From the IMG/VR virus record IMGVR_UViG_3300022602_000059: a stretch of 64,000 nt of DNA. One strand, 5' to 3'. This document shows, in pieces, positions 1 through 7,796 of the stretch. Under the pieces are notes generated by a model. It saw only the letters and a list, made by a program, of their open reading frames with translations, had not been told where the DNA came from and made no database searches. The translations under genes and the position numbers were made by a program. This DNA comes from an uncultured virus (IMG/VR IMGVR_UViG_3300022602_000059). Its lineage: Duplodnaviria > Heunggongvirae > Uroviricota > Caudoviricetes. Within the stretch, counting starts at the first letter, position 1; the number at the start of each line of letters is the position of its first letter.

Positions 1-67
1 TCCGCTATATAGATATCAAGACCTTTCGTCCAAAGTGGACGACATGGTATGTAAGGGGGTTTCGCAA

Positions 68-376
68 GTGAGTACCAAAGTAAAAAGTCAGTACGACCAA
101 GCAATTCGCACCGCCCTGCACAATGCCACAGGTATTGCGTGGGACACCTGCCACAAAATCTACATCCTCATGGATGATGAGCAAATGGAGAAAATGGCTG
201 AGTATGGTTACGACCCGCTCATCAAAGCCACGGACTCTACACCAGAAGAAATGTTTAACCTGTTAAGAGATTGGTATGACAATTCTTGCGGGCTACGTTT
301 CATATCCACAGTAAAGACCGTAGAGTTCGGAGCAGGATTCTATGACATCGTCGGACAGGAGGACGAAGAATGGTAA
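68..376 (+). CDS. hypothetical early protein
   Basis: ORF; GTG at 68 follows SD AAGGGGG (53-59), preferred to the 35 start. Confidence 0.7.
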   Translation: MSTKVKSQYDQAIRTALHNATGIAWDTCHKIYILMDDEQMEKMAEYGYDPLIKATDSTPEEMFNLLRDWYDNSCGLRFISTVKTVEFGAGFYDIVGQEDEEW

Positions 377-522
377 AGCAACATATCTTCCAAGACGGGT
401 TACTTGGCTTCTACCTCGTAGAAATCTACGAAAGTGGGCGAGTAGTCCTAAAGATTAAAGAAAACGGCTGGTCAGATATATGGAGTCTGCCAGTAGATGA
501 AGTAACGAAGGAGTATTTATGA
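370..522 (+). CDS. 50-aa hypothetical protein (not in ORF track)
   Basis: Hand translation MVKQHIFQDG...TKEYL; overlaps both neighbours, ATGA coupling at 519-522. Confidence 0.7.
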   Translation: MVKQHIFQDGLLGFYLVEIYESGRVVLKIKENGWSDIWSLPVDEVTKEYL

Positions 523-839
523 GAACCCAAGACCCGATTGACATAGTACCCATCCAGTTTGCAGATATTGCCAAGCTGACCCTGATGGAGTCATCAAGTC
601 TGGCTTCCGAGTTCATCCAATGGATGGAGTCATGTACTGACACACCGTTCGATGATAATGTAACTGCCTTAGTAGTAGATGTTGTAATGACATATACTGC
701 CAAGATAGTTAGTCTTGCCCAAGTATCCATGCTGGGGCAACTCCTATCCGAAAGGGATAAGGAACAAGTTTTGGCTGAGGTGGAGGAATTCAGCCAAATA
801 ATCAACGCTGTAAAAAACCTAACTGAGGATTCAGAGTAA
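519..839 (+). CDS. hypothetical protein
   Basis: ORF with AAGGAG SD. Confidence 0.75.
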   Translation: MRTQDPIDIVPIQFADIAKLTLMESSSLASEFIQWMESCTDTPFDDNVTALVVDVVMTYTAKIVSLAQVSMLGQLLSERDKEQVLAEVEEFSQIINAVKNLTEDSE

Positions 840-939
840 CCTCCTTTCCTCTGAGTCGGGATTGCAGGTCTGCGGGGGCGTAGACCTGCCGTCCAACCCA
901 AACCGCCCCTAATAACTAACCACCTACTATGGGAGAAGC

Positions 940-1254
940 ATGACTACAACAATAACACCTCGCCAAAAGGCGACCGCAGTAAATGTATGCCGTCAGAAGG
1001 CTATGCGCCAACTGGCTAAAACATATCGGGCTGAGTATATTAAGCTCTATGAAGGCTTCTGCAAAGAAGCTGGATTGGATATTAACCACCACTCCAAGTC
1101 CAAATCAGCTAAGTTGCGTAAGAAGCAAGACCGTATCAACAAGCTGAAGGCTGAGCTAAAGCACCTCGAAGCCTTGCTGGAGAACAAAAACCAACCACCT
1201 GCTAGTGAGAAGGAGCTCTTTGAGCTCTGGAAGCAAACGGTCAAAGGTATGTAA
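940..1254 (+). CDS. basic coiled-coil hypothetical protein
   Basis: ORF with GGGAG SD, followed by terminator. Confidence 0.75.
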   Translation: MTTTITPRQKATAVNVCRQKAMRQLAKTYRAEYIKLYEGFCKEAGLDINHHSKSKSAKLRKKQDRINKLKAELKHLEALLENKNQPPASEKELFELWKQTVKGM

Positions 1255-1267
1255 CAAGCTAATTAAG

Positions 1268-1307
1268 AGCCTCGAAGCAGACTTCCCCCTGCTTCGGGGC
1301 TTTTTTT
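1268..1307 (+). terminator. intrinsic terminator
   Basis: 13-bp stem agcctcgaagcag/ctgcttcggggct followed by a T7 run. Confidence 0.85.
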
Positions 1308-1400
1308 ATGCCCAAATCGGGCAAAACGCCCAACCCAAACATAAGTGGCATTGGGTTAAGGCATAAGGGAACTTGTTCCCTAGGAACCAACCTGTGCAAA

Positions 1401-1650
1401 TCCTGAGAATTAGCTGGGCACGGGCTGAATTGACAGTAATGCCTATATAGGTATAGGAGAGAGAGGCTCGGCTCATAACCAGCCCGTTTGCAGAAACTGC
1501 TACCCAGCTAATTAGCACTTTGGGCTACTGCCAGCCACTAAAAACAGGCTGAGTAGGAGAGCGACCAGCTTTTCAGCTATATCTGCCTAGTTTCTATATG
1601 ATAACTAGCTAGAGAGAGAGCAGAGAGATTCCTGAGAGTTAGCTGAGCAC
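1401..1650. repeat. imperfect 21-bp direct repeat in non-coding block
   Basis: tcctgagaattagctgggcac (1401-1421) vs tcctgagagttagctgagcac (1630-1650), 2 mismatches. Confidence 0.7.
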
Positions 1651-1873
1651 CAGCTTAATGGTGCTCTCTCCCTACCCCCTATATGATTGCCCTATCTGAC
1701 TCCTATATCTATTACCTATATAGTTATGGGCACAGATAGCTTACGCCGAAATTTTTTCGTGGCACACGGCGTGTCGCGGAATATATCGAGGGTTACGTAA
1801 GTTGTACGTGTTAAGGTGTAATCACAGCGAGCAGATAGTCTGCTCCTGTATTTAGAAAGGGAACATCTTTATT

Positions 1874-3232
1874 ATGATTGGTTTATTAGTAACTAGTGGC
1901 GACAACGGTTGCGAGCAGAGCCTCGTTGTGCCCGAAGGTAATCAGGCTGTCGTTTATTACCGCGTAGCTACAGGCGAGCGTGGTGCAGGTCAGGCATGGC
2001 ACAAGACAGAGTTTTCCGCCTTGCCCGACACCAAGACAACAACTAGCCCATTAGCAGTTGTGCTGACACTTCGTGACTACGAGCTTATTGCTCAGGGTCA
2101 AGTCGGTGGTATTGCTACTAAGGCACTTATGAGTGACCCGCTACCTGACCTAGATTTTGCAGGTAGCCACCGTTCTATCGTCTCTAGTATCGCCCGCCGT
2201 CTCTATCTAGGAGACAATTCGCTTAACGATTATATTGCCGATAAGCGCCGTACCTCTCCTATCGTATTCAGCCCATTAGCAGAGTCGCCAACGCCCGATT
2301 TTTCTACGCCAGCGCCTACTGTTATTGAGCCTGTTATTACCACTCCTACTCAGGACAACGTGCTCAGCCTCGCTATGGCTTCTGTACCTAACTCTAAATG
2401 GGCTAGTCAGTACGTGAACCGCGAAGTCGGAGGTATCAAGGACTTTGATATTTTAGATACCGCCATGCGTAATCAGCAGAACGTACTCATCAAGGGTCAT
2501 GCTGGCTCGGGTAAGACTATGTGCGCTATGGCATACGCCTCCTCGCGTGGCTACCGCTACTACAACGTATCTAGTCATAATGGACTAGAGCCAAGCGAGC
2601 TATTCGGTCAATGGATTCCAACGCCTGACGGTCACTACAAGTGGCAGGACGGCGCAGTTACCGACATGGTTCGTCATGGCGGGGTCTTGCTTCTCAATGA
2701 AGTGAACTTTCTCCCTGAACGATTAACAACTGTCCTGTTTGGACTTTTGGACGACCGCCGTGAGATTCAGTTGCTCTCCAATGGTGGCGAAGTAATCAAG
2801 GCTCATAAAGAGCTACTTATTATCGCTGACATGAACCCTGACTATCGTGGCACGCGCCCAATGAACCAAGCGTGGCATGACCGATTTATGAAGGGTCATA
2901 TCCTAGAGTTTCCATACGACCATAAGATTGAGGCTAAGCTAGTTAAGAGTAAGTCTCTCCTCGAAATGGCGAACGCCTTGCGTGCTCGCTACGACCTAGA
3001 GGAGATTAACACGCCTATCTCAACACGTGCGCTCGTAGGCTTCTGCACCAACGTTGATAACCTCGGTTTGGACTACGCCGTCTACTCATACCTAAATGGG
3101 TTTGATGAGAAGTCAGGCGAGCGTGGCGCTGTCAAGCTCGTATTCGATACGTACAAGGCTAACATCGCGCAGGAGCTCGGCGTTACAACCTTCGTTACCT
3201 CGACCAACGCTGACGAGACAGTAGGTATCTAA
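1874..3232 (+). CDS. MoxR/CbbQ/CobS-like AAA+ ATPase with N-terminal extension
   Basis: Walker A GHAGSGKT, WQDG, Walker B LLLNEVN, MNP..Y.GT, DRF and ISTR motifs. Confidence 0.85.
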   Translation: MIGLLVTSGDNGCEQSLVVPEGNQAVVYYRVATGERGAGQAWHKTEFSALPDTKTTTSPLAVVLTLRDYELIAQGQVGGIATKALMSDPLPDLDFAGSHRSIVSSIARRLYLGDNSLNDYIADKRRTSPIVFSPLAESPTPDFSTPAPTVIEPVITTPTQDNVLSLAMASVPNSKWASQYVNREVGGIKDFDILDTAMRNQQNVLIKGHAGSGKTMCAMAYASSRGYRYYNVSSHNGLEPSELFGQWIPTPDGHYKWQDGAVTDMVRHGGVLLLNEVNFLPERLTTVLFGLLDDRREIQLLSNGGEVIKAHKELLIIADMNPDYRGTRPMNQAWHDRFMKGHILEFPYDHKIEAKLVKSKSLLEMANALRARYDLEEINTPISTRALVGFCTNVDNLGLDYAVYSYLNGFDEKSGERGAVKLVFDTYKANIAQELGVTTFVTSTNADETVGI

Positions 3233-3233
3233 A

Positions 3234-5237
3234 GTGTCTGATTACTACTCAATACAACAACGCCTTCGGCAGGAGTTTGCAGAAGCTAAAGGGGTTGATA
3301 TGACTAATCCCGAGGCTGTTAGTACGTTTTGGGATAACGTCTCATACTCAGATAGATACGATATTGAGTCCGAAGCTCTCATGGAGTGGGAAGATACTCA
3401 AAGCGAGACGATAGCTCAGTACGATAGCGTGGCTAACGTATTCACCAAAGCTGACCGCATTATTACTAATCAAGATATTACGGTCAATATCTCGCCCGCC
3501 AACTCGACCATGAAAGTCGTGGCAAGTAATAACGGCTCTGTTATTGCTATGAACCCTAATCTCCTCGACAACGTGGACGAAGTAGGTATCGTAGGTATCA
3601 ACGGCGTGAACTACCACGAACTCGCCCATGCTCTCTACTCGCCACGTGCGGGTAGCGAGCTAGGCAAGTGGGTTACAAGCGAGACAGTTACTATCTCCGA
3701 CCCTAGCACCAACGCGCCGATTACTTTCCCCAAGTACCAATTCGCGCTCAACACGCTAGAGGAGGCTCGTATCGAGACTCTCATGGTTACTAAGTATCCT
3801 AGTAGCAGGTACTTTCTCGAAGTAGCGACAACTACTTACGCGATAGATACACGCGACCGTGAAAGCCTTGCGGGTGCGTTCTATCTTACACGTGGTCGCC
3901 GTCACCTCGACCCTGCATTACGTCAGCAGGTCGCAGACTTATACGTAGCTACTTATGGCTTATCCCAAGCTCAGCACGTGGCACGCATTATTGACGAGTA
4001 TCGCACGCTCGCCTTCCCTAAAGATTCGGCACGTGCTAAGGAGCTAATTATTGAGCTCTACCAATATGTCGGACACCAACCTCCTAGCCATGCGGGTAAG
4101 AACGGCAAGGGTCAAGGCTGTGGTGAGCGCAAGCTCATGCGTGCGGGTCGTCCTGCAAAGGGCTCAGAGCAAAGCGAGCTACAGAACAAGGCACGCCAAG
4201 CCGAGGGGCAAGCCGAGAAGTTGCGCGAGCCTGATAACAAGTCTGATAAGCCTAACGAGGAGTCACGCAACGCTGGCACAGAAGTTGCTGATGATACCTA
4301 CGTAGATAATCAGAATACTTATGAAGGGCTGGATACTATCGCCCAAGAAATTAACAACCGAGCCAAACAAATTGCGCTGTTGCCTGACGTGCTCGCCGAG
4401 GTTAAGACTCTTACTAAGGCTCTTAATGGTGAGGGTTATGGTAACAACTTAAAGAAAGACAACGCGTTTACTTATGATACGGATATTCCGCAGGACGTTC
4501 GTTACTCAGCAACTAAATTCGGTGATGAGTTAGAGCGCCTACGCGTGGATAACGACCCTATGTGGGAGAAGGAGCGCCCAAGCGGAAAGCTCAACGTGCC
4601 ACGTACCATGAACGCCTCGATTAACGACCTGCCACGCCTGTTCGATAAGTGGTCAGAGGGCAACGACAACTGTGATATTGAGGCAGTTATTATGCTCGAC
4701 CGTAGTGGCTCTATGTCCTACGACATACTCAGCGCAAGTCGCTCCGTGTGGGCTATGAAGCGCGGGCTAGAGCGTATCAACGCCAATGTCGCCGTCATAT
4801 CGTTTAATCAAGTTAGCCGTAATCTCTACGATATTGACGAGAAGGCACAGCCTAATAGCCTAAAGGTCAGCCGTACAGGAGGAGGCACAGAGCCTAGTAA
4901 GGGATTGCGTACTACCTACCGACTCATGCGTGCCAGCTCAAAAGCTACCAAGCTAGTCTTTATTGTGACAGACGGCTCATGGAGTAACGAGAACGAGTGC
5001 AACGCAGTTGTCAAGTCAATGCAGGAGGACGGCGTAGTTGTGTGCGTTGTGTATATCGGAAACCTGCACAAGTACGAGTATATTGACGACCCGCAGACAC
5101 GCCGAGAAGCGATTGACCGCGACATTAAAACTTACGGTCATGGCGCTGACCACTTTACCGCTATCACTAAGCCAAGTGACCTAGTGCAAGTGGCACGCAA
5201 AGTAGTAACAAGTCAGTTAGCACCAGCACGGCGCTAA
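3234..5237 (+). CDS. vWA-domain protein with N-terminal HExxH metallopeptidase-like domain (MoxR partner)
   Basis: HELAH...NTLEEARIE; MIDAS DRSGS, GGGT, VTDG. Confidence 0.85.
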   Translation: MSDYYSIQQRLRQEFAEAKGVDMTNPEAVSTFWDNVSYSDRYDIESEALMEWEDTQSETIAQYDSVANVFTKADRIITNQDITVNISPANSTMKVVASNNGSVIAMNPNLLDNVDEVGIVGINGVNYHELAHALYSPRAGSELGKWVTSETVTISDPSTNAPITFPKYQFALNTLEEARIETLMVTKYPSSRYFLEVATTTYAIDTRDRESLAGAFYLTRGRRHLDPALRQQVADLYVATYGLSQAQHVARIIDEYRTLAFPKDSARAKELIIELYQYVGHQPPSHAGKNGKGQGCGERKLMRAGRPAKGSEQSELQNKARQAEGQAEKLREPDNKSDKPNEESRNAGTEVADDTYVDNQNTYEGLDTIAQEINNRAKQIALLPDVLAEVKTLTKALNGEGYGNNLKKDNAFTYDTDIPQDVRYSATKFGDELERLRVDNDPMWEKERPSGKLNVPRTMNASINDLPRLFDKWSEGNDNCDIEAVIMLDRSGSMSYDILSASRSVWAMKRGLERINANVAVISFNQVSRNLYDIDEKAQPNSLKVSRTGGGTEPSKGLRTTYRLMRASSKATKLVFIVTDGSWSNENECNAVVKSMQEDGVVVCVVYIGNLHKYEYIDDPQTRREAIDRDIKTYGHGADHFTAITKPSDLVQVARKVVTSQLAPARR

Positions 5238-5261
5238 TCCAACCCAAACAAAGGAATAATC

Positions 5262-5420
5262 ATGTCAAGCTATGAGGTTATAGTTACCGCAAGTATCTCA
5301 CACACGGTCGAAGCCGAGTCACGTGACGAAGCTATCATGCAAACCGTGGAGTGGGTGGAGAAAGACTACGGAAAGCTAGGCGACAAAGCCAGCTACACAA
5401 CTAAGAAAGTGGGGCTCTGA
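5262..5420 (+). CDS. 52-aa hypothetical protein (VEAES.DEA motif; not in ORF track)
   Basis: Hand translation MSSYEVIVTASISHTVEAESRDEAI...; AAAGGA SD. Confidence 0.7.
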   Translation: MSSYEVIVTASISHTVEAESRDEAIMQTVEWVEKDYGKLGDKASYTTKKVGL

Positions 5421-5422
5421 TT

Positions 5423-5905
5423 ATGGGCATGGACGTTTATGGCACAAAGCCAAAGGACAGCACAGGCGAGTATTTCCGCAACAACGTGTGGTGGTGGAGA
5501 CCACTATGGGATTATTGCGAGAGCGTTTATGAGCCTTGCCGTAATATCGAAGGTCACTCCAATAGTGGAGCTGGCTTCGACGAAGATGGTGCACTTAAAC
5601 TCAGCCAAGTATTACAAGCAGAAATTGACTCAGGTCGTACTGCACAATACGAGGTTAGTTACAATGCGTTTCTCGAATCACTACCCGATAGCCCATGCGA
5701 TTTTTGCAACGGCGTAGGTATCGTGCAAGTCAAAGAGGGCTGGTTTGACTATGTGGAGGGTCAAGTTACCTTCCGCGACCCATGTAATTCTTGCAAGGGC
5801 ACAAAGGTCAAGCCTCACTTTCAGAAACACTATCCGTTTAGTGTAGAGAACGTCCAAGAATTTGCCGATTTTCTAAAAGCCTGCGGTGGCTTCGAGATTT
5901 GCTAA
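5423..5905 (+). CDS. hypothetical protein with DnaJ-type CxxCxGxG zinc motifs
   Basis: CDFCNGVG and CNSCKGT. Confidence 0.75.
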   Translation: MGMDVYGTKPKDSTGEYFRNNVWWWRPLWDYCESVYEPCRNIEGHSNSGAGFDEDGALKLSQVLQAEIDSGRTAQYEVSYNAFLESLPDSPCDFCNGVGIVQVKEGWFDYVEGQVTFRDPCNSCKGTKVKPHFQKHYPFSVENVQEFADFLKACGGFEIC

Positions 5906-5915
5906 GGAGCTAATT

Positions 5916-6137
5916 ATGAGCATGAATCATATGTGGACAGTTATTGTAGGTACTGTCGGCGAGATAGAACAATGCGTGGGGGTATTTGATACCGAGCACG
6001 AAGCCGAGACCTATTCCCATGAAATGCGTACAACTTTTTATGAGAACGGAGATGCCTACACGGTTGTAGTCAGACCACTACTAGAGACCATAGAAGATTT
6101 CTACAATATCTACGAGAAAGACGGAGAGGACGACTAA
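5916..6137 (+). CDS. hypothetical protein
   Basis: ATG after AAGGAG SD. Confidence 0.7.
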   Translation: MSMNHMWTVIVGTVGEIEQCVGVFDTEHEAETYSHEMRTTFYENGDAYTVVVRPLLETIEDFYNIYEKDGEDD

Positions 6138-6241
6138 TGACCGAGCTGTGCGAGATATGCGAAAGCAACGAGAAAGAGTATCCCGAGGGCAAGTGGTGTA
6201 CCTCATGCAAAGATGAGTTTAAGAGGAGCGATAATGACTAG
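6137..6241 (+). CDS. 34-aa CxxC-CxxC microprotein (not in ORF track)
   Basis: MTELCEICESNEKEYPEGKWCTSCKDEFKRSDND; TAATG coupling, GGAGAGG SD. Confidence 0.65.
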   Translation: MTELCEICESNEKEYPEGKWCTSCKDEFKRSDND

Positions 6242-6416
6242 CGTTATCTACAACCTATGCGTTATGAAGTATGAACAAGGCGGGCAAAGCGCCGTGTTAG
6301 ATTTCGTATCGCGCAACTTTCCTGAAATTAAGTGGTCATGGTGTGAGCCATGCGAGAGTGAATCTCCTATCGAAGATAGTACCTGCCTAGTATGCGGAAG
6401 CGTGGTGAAAGCATGA
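6234..6416 (+). CDS. zinc-ribbon hypothetical protein
   Basis: CEPC...CLVC; AGGAG SD before ATG 6234. Confidence 0.7.
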   Translation: MTSVIYNLCVMKYEQGGQSAVLDFVSRNFPEIKWSWCEPCESESPIEDSTCLVCGSVVKA

Positions 6417-6598
6417 GCAAGCAACATCACTTCGTTGTCTATTTTGACGACAAGACCCTTAAATGGGATATTGAGTGGGAGACAAGTATCAACTACGATG
6501 AGGGTGACGTATGGGATACCGAAGCCGAGGCTTGGGGCTTCTCAGAGCCCGAGGACTCCATAATTAACGACCTACGGAAACGACTAGGAGATAACTAA
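6413..6598 (+). CDS. acidic hypothetical protein
   Basis: ATGA overlap with upstream stop. Confidence 0.7.
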   Translation: MSKQHHFVVYFDDKTLKWDIEWETSINYDEGDVWDTEAEAWGFSEPEDSIINDLRKRLGDN

Positions 6599-6700
6599 AT
6601 GAGTTGGAGTATGAGAGATTGCCTCAACTGTGACGAGCGTACCCCGCACTATGGCGAAACCGTTGCGACCGAGCGTTGTGTAATCTGCGGTGGTAACTAG
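6599..6700 (+). CDS. 33-aa zinc-ribbon microprotein (not in ORF track)
   Basis: MSWSMRDCLNCDERTPHYGETVATERCVICGGN; AGGAG SD; fills the gap exactly. Confidence 0.65.
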   Translation: MSWSMRDCLNCDERTPHYGETVATERCVICGGN

Positions 6701-6997
6701 ATGAGTATTAGTATCAGCGCCATGCAAGTAGCCTCAGCTATTGAGCGAGCAGAGAAACGGTGCGAAGAGGTTATCTTGCCTGTGTTCGGAGAAGATAGCA
6801 GGCTAGTTTTTATGATTGCCGTAGCCCTAACTATGGGTGCGGTCACCACCGAGCTTATTGGCGAAGAGGGTGCGACCTCCCTAGCCGAAGAGACCGTTGG
6901 ACTAATGGGAGTTGATACTGCTAATATCAGCCCTACGAGCGTACAGAAGCTCTTGCAAGAGATTGCAGATAAAGTAACCCGAGACGAAGATTTTTAA
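6701..6997 (+). CDS. hypothetical protein
   Basis: ORF abutting upstream stop. Confidence 0.7.
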   Translation: MSISISAMQVASAIERAEKRCEEVILPVFGEDSRLVFMIAVALTMGAVTTELIGEEGATSLAEETVGLMGVDTANISPTSVQKLLQEIADKVTRDEDF

Positions 6998-7008
6998 GGA
7001 GAGACACA

Positions 7009-7299
7009 ATGGCTAAAAAGATAAGTCAGACAATGAAGGTAACGCTAGAGAAGAACACAACCGTAGAACGTGGCGGTGCATGGCTTCTCGGTATCGCTAT
7101 CCATGAAGAGGGTGCTAGTTTCACCGTCTACCATGAGATGAGTGCGTGGGCTAACCCCTCCGCAGCAAAGCGCCATATCAAAGAGATTGTTCAGCACTAC
7201 ACACCACGCAAGAGCATAAAGCTCAATGTTGATAAGCTCGACACTAACGATAAGCCTGTTTCTATTTCAGGAGAGCTCGCATATAAGGTGGAACGCTAA
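7009..7299 (+). CDS. hypothetical protein
   Basis: AAGGAG SD. Confidence 0.75.
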   Translation: MAKKISQTMKVTLEKNTTVERGGAWLLGIAIHEEGASFTVYHEMSAWANPSAAKRHIKEIVQHYTPRKSIKLNVDKLDTNDKPVSISGELAYKVER

Positions 7300-7439
7300 T
7301 GGGATTTGAGAAAGACCCTATTACTCCCGATTCAGATTGGGAGATTACTGCCCCTTTTACAGGCGACGGAGATGATGAGGACGACTACGGCGCTGATGAC
7401 GAAGGCTACGAGTATGAAGAGTCCGAAGATGTCGAATAA
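7299..7439 (+). CDS. 46-aa highly acidic microprotein (not in ORF track)
   Basis: MGFEKDPITPDSDWEITAPFTGDGDDEDDYGADDEGYEYEESEDVE; TAATG coupling, AAGGTGG SD. Confidence 0.7.
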   Translation: MGFEKDPITPDSDWEITAPFTGDGDDEDDYGADDEGYEYEESEDVE

Positions 7440-7539
7440 TGAAGAGCCTGTTTTAACTTCCGAGACCCTGACCGAGCAAGAGCAAAAGCGGTTACAAGAG
7501 TTAGTGGATAAATACAACACCAAGCACCGAAAAGTTTGA
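7429..7539 (+). CDS. 36-aa hypothetical protein
   Basis: C-terminal part of track ORF 7306-7539 from ATG 7429. Confidence 0.5.
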   Translation: MSNNEEPVLTSETLTEQEQKRLQELVDKYNTKHRKV

Positions 7540-7661
7540 TTGCGGATATGAGAGAGAGTCAAAGCGTCATAACCCTTTCTCCGCTAAGGGCGGTCAAGAC
7601 TTCTCACTTTTATTAGACATGGTAAGAGAGAGAACGAGCCGTACCTGCTCTATCTCATAAG

Positions 7662-7697
7662 GAAAGCCCCTCTAGTTTCGGGACTAGGGGGGCTTCT
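7662..7697. terminator. probable bidirectional terminator at convergence of the two transcription arms
   Basis: stem aagcccctctagt/actaggggggctt between convergent gene blocks. Confidence 0.75.
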
Positions 7698-7796
7698 CTA
7701 TTTAGTCTTTATTGTCTCTACAGACATAGCAGAGAGATTCTGAAGAGTCGCGGGGAATATCCTCGAACTCTGCAAAGCACTCTACGCACTTTACTT

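Noticed and set aside
455..901. 148-aa minus-strand ORF and similar antisense ORFs (e.g. 14535-15026, 45922-46527)
   Set aside because: Fully overlap better-supported genes on the opposite strand
1430..1460. TTGACA as a promoter -35 box
   Set aside because: No TANNNT at 16-18 nt spacing
1874..5237. CobS/CobT cobaltochelatase supplying B12 for NrdJ
   Set aside because: No CobN or other cob genes; generic MoxR-vWA features; HExxH domain and early location fit a remodelling role better
7306..7428. N-terminal half of track ORF 7306-7539
   Set aside because: Off-frame reading of the coupled acidic ORF 7299-7439
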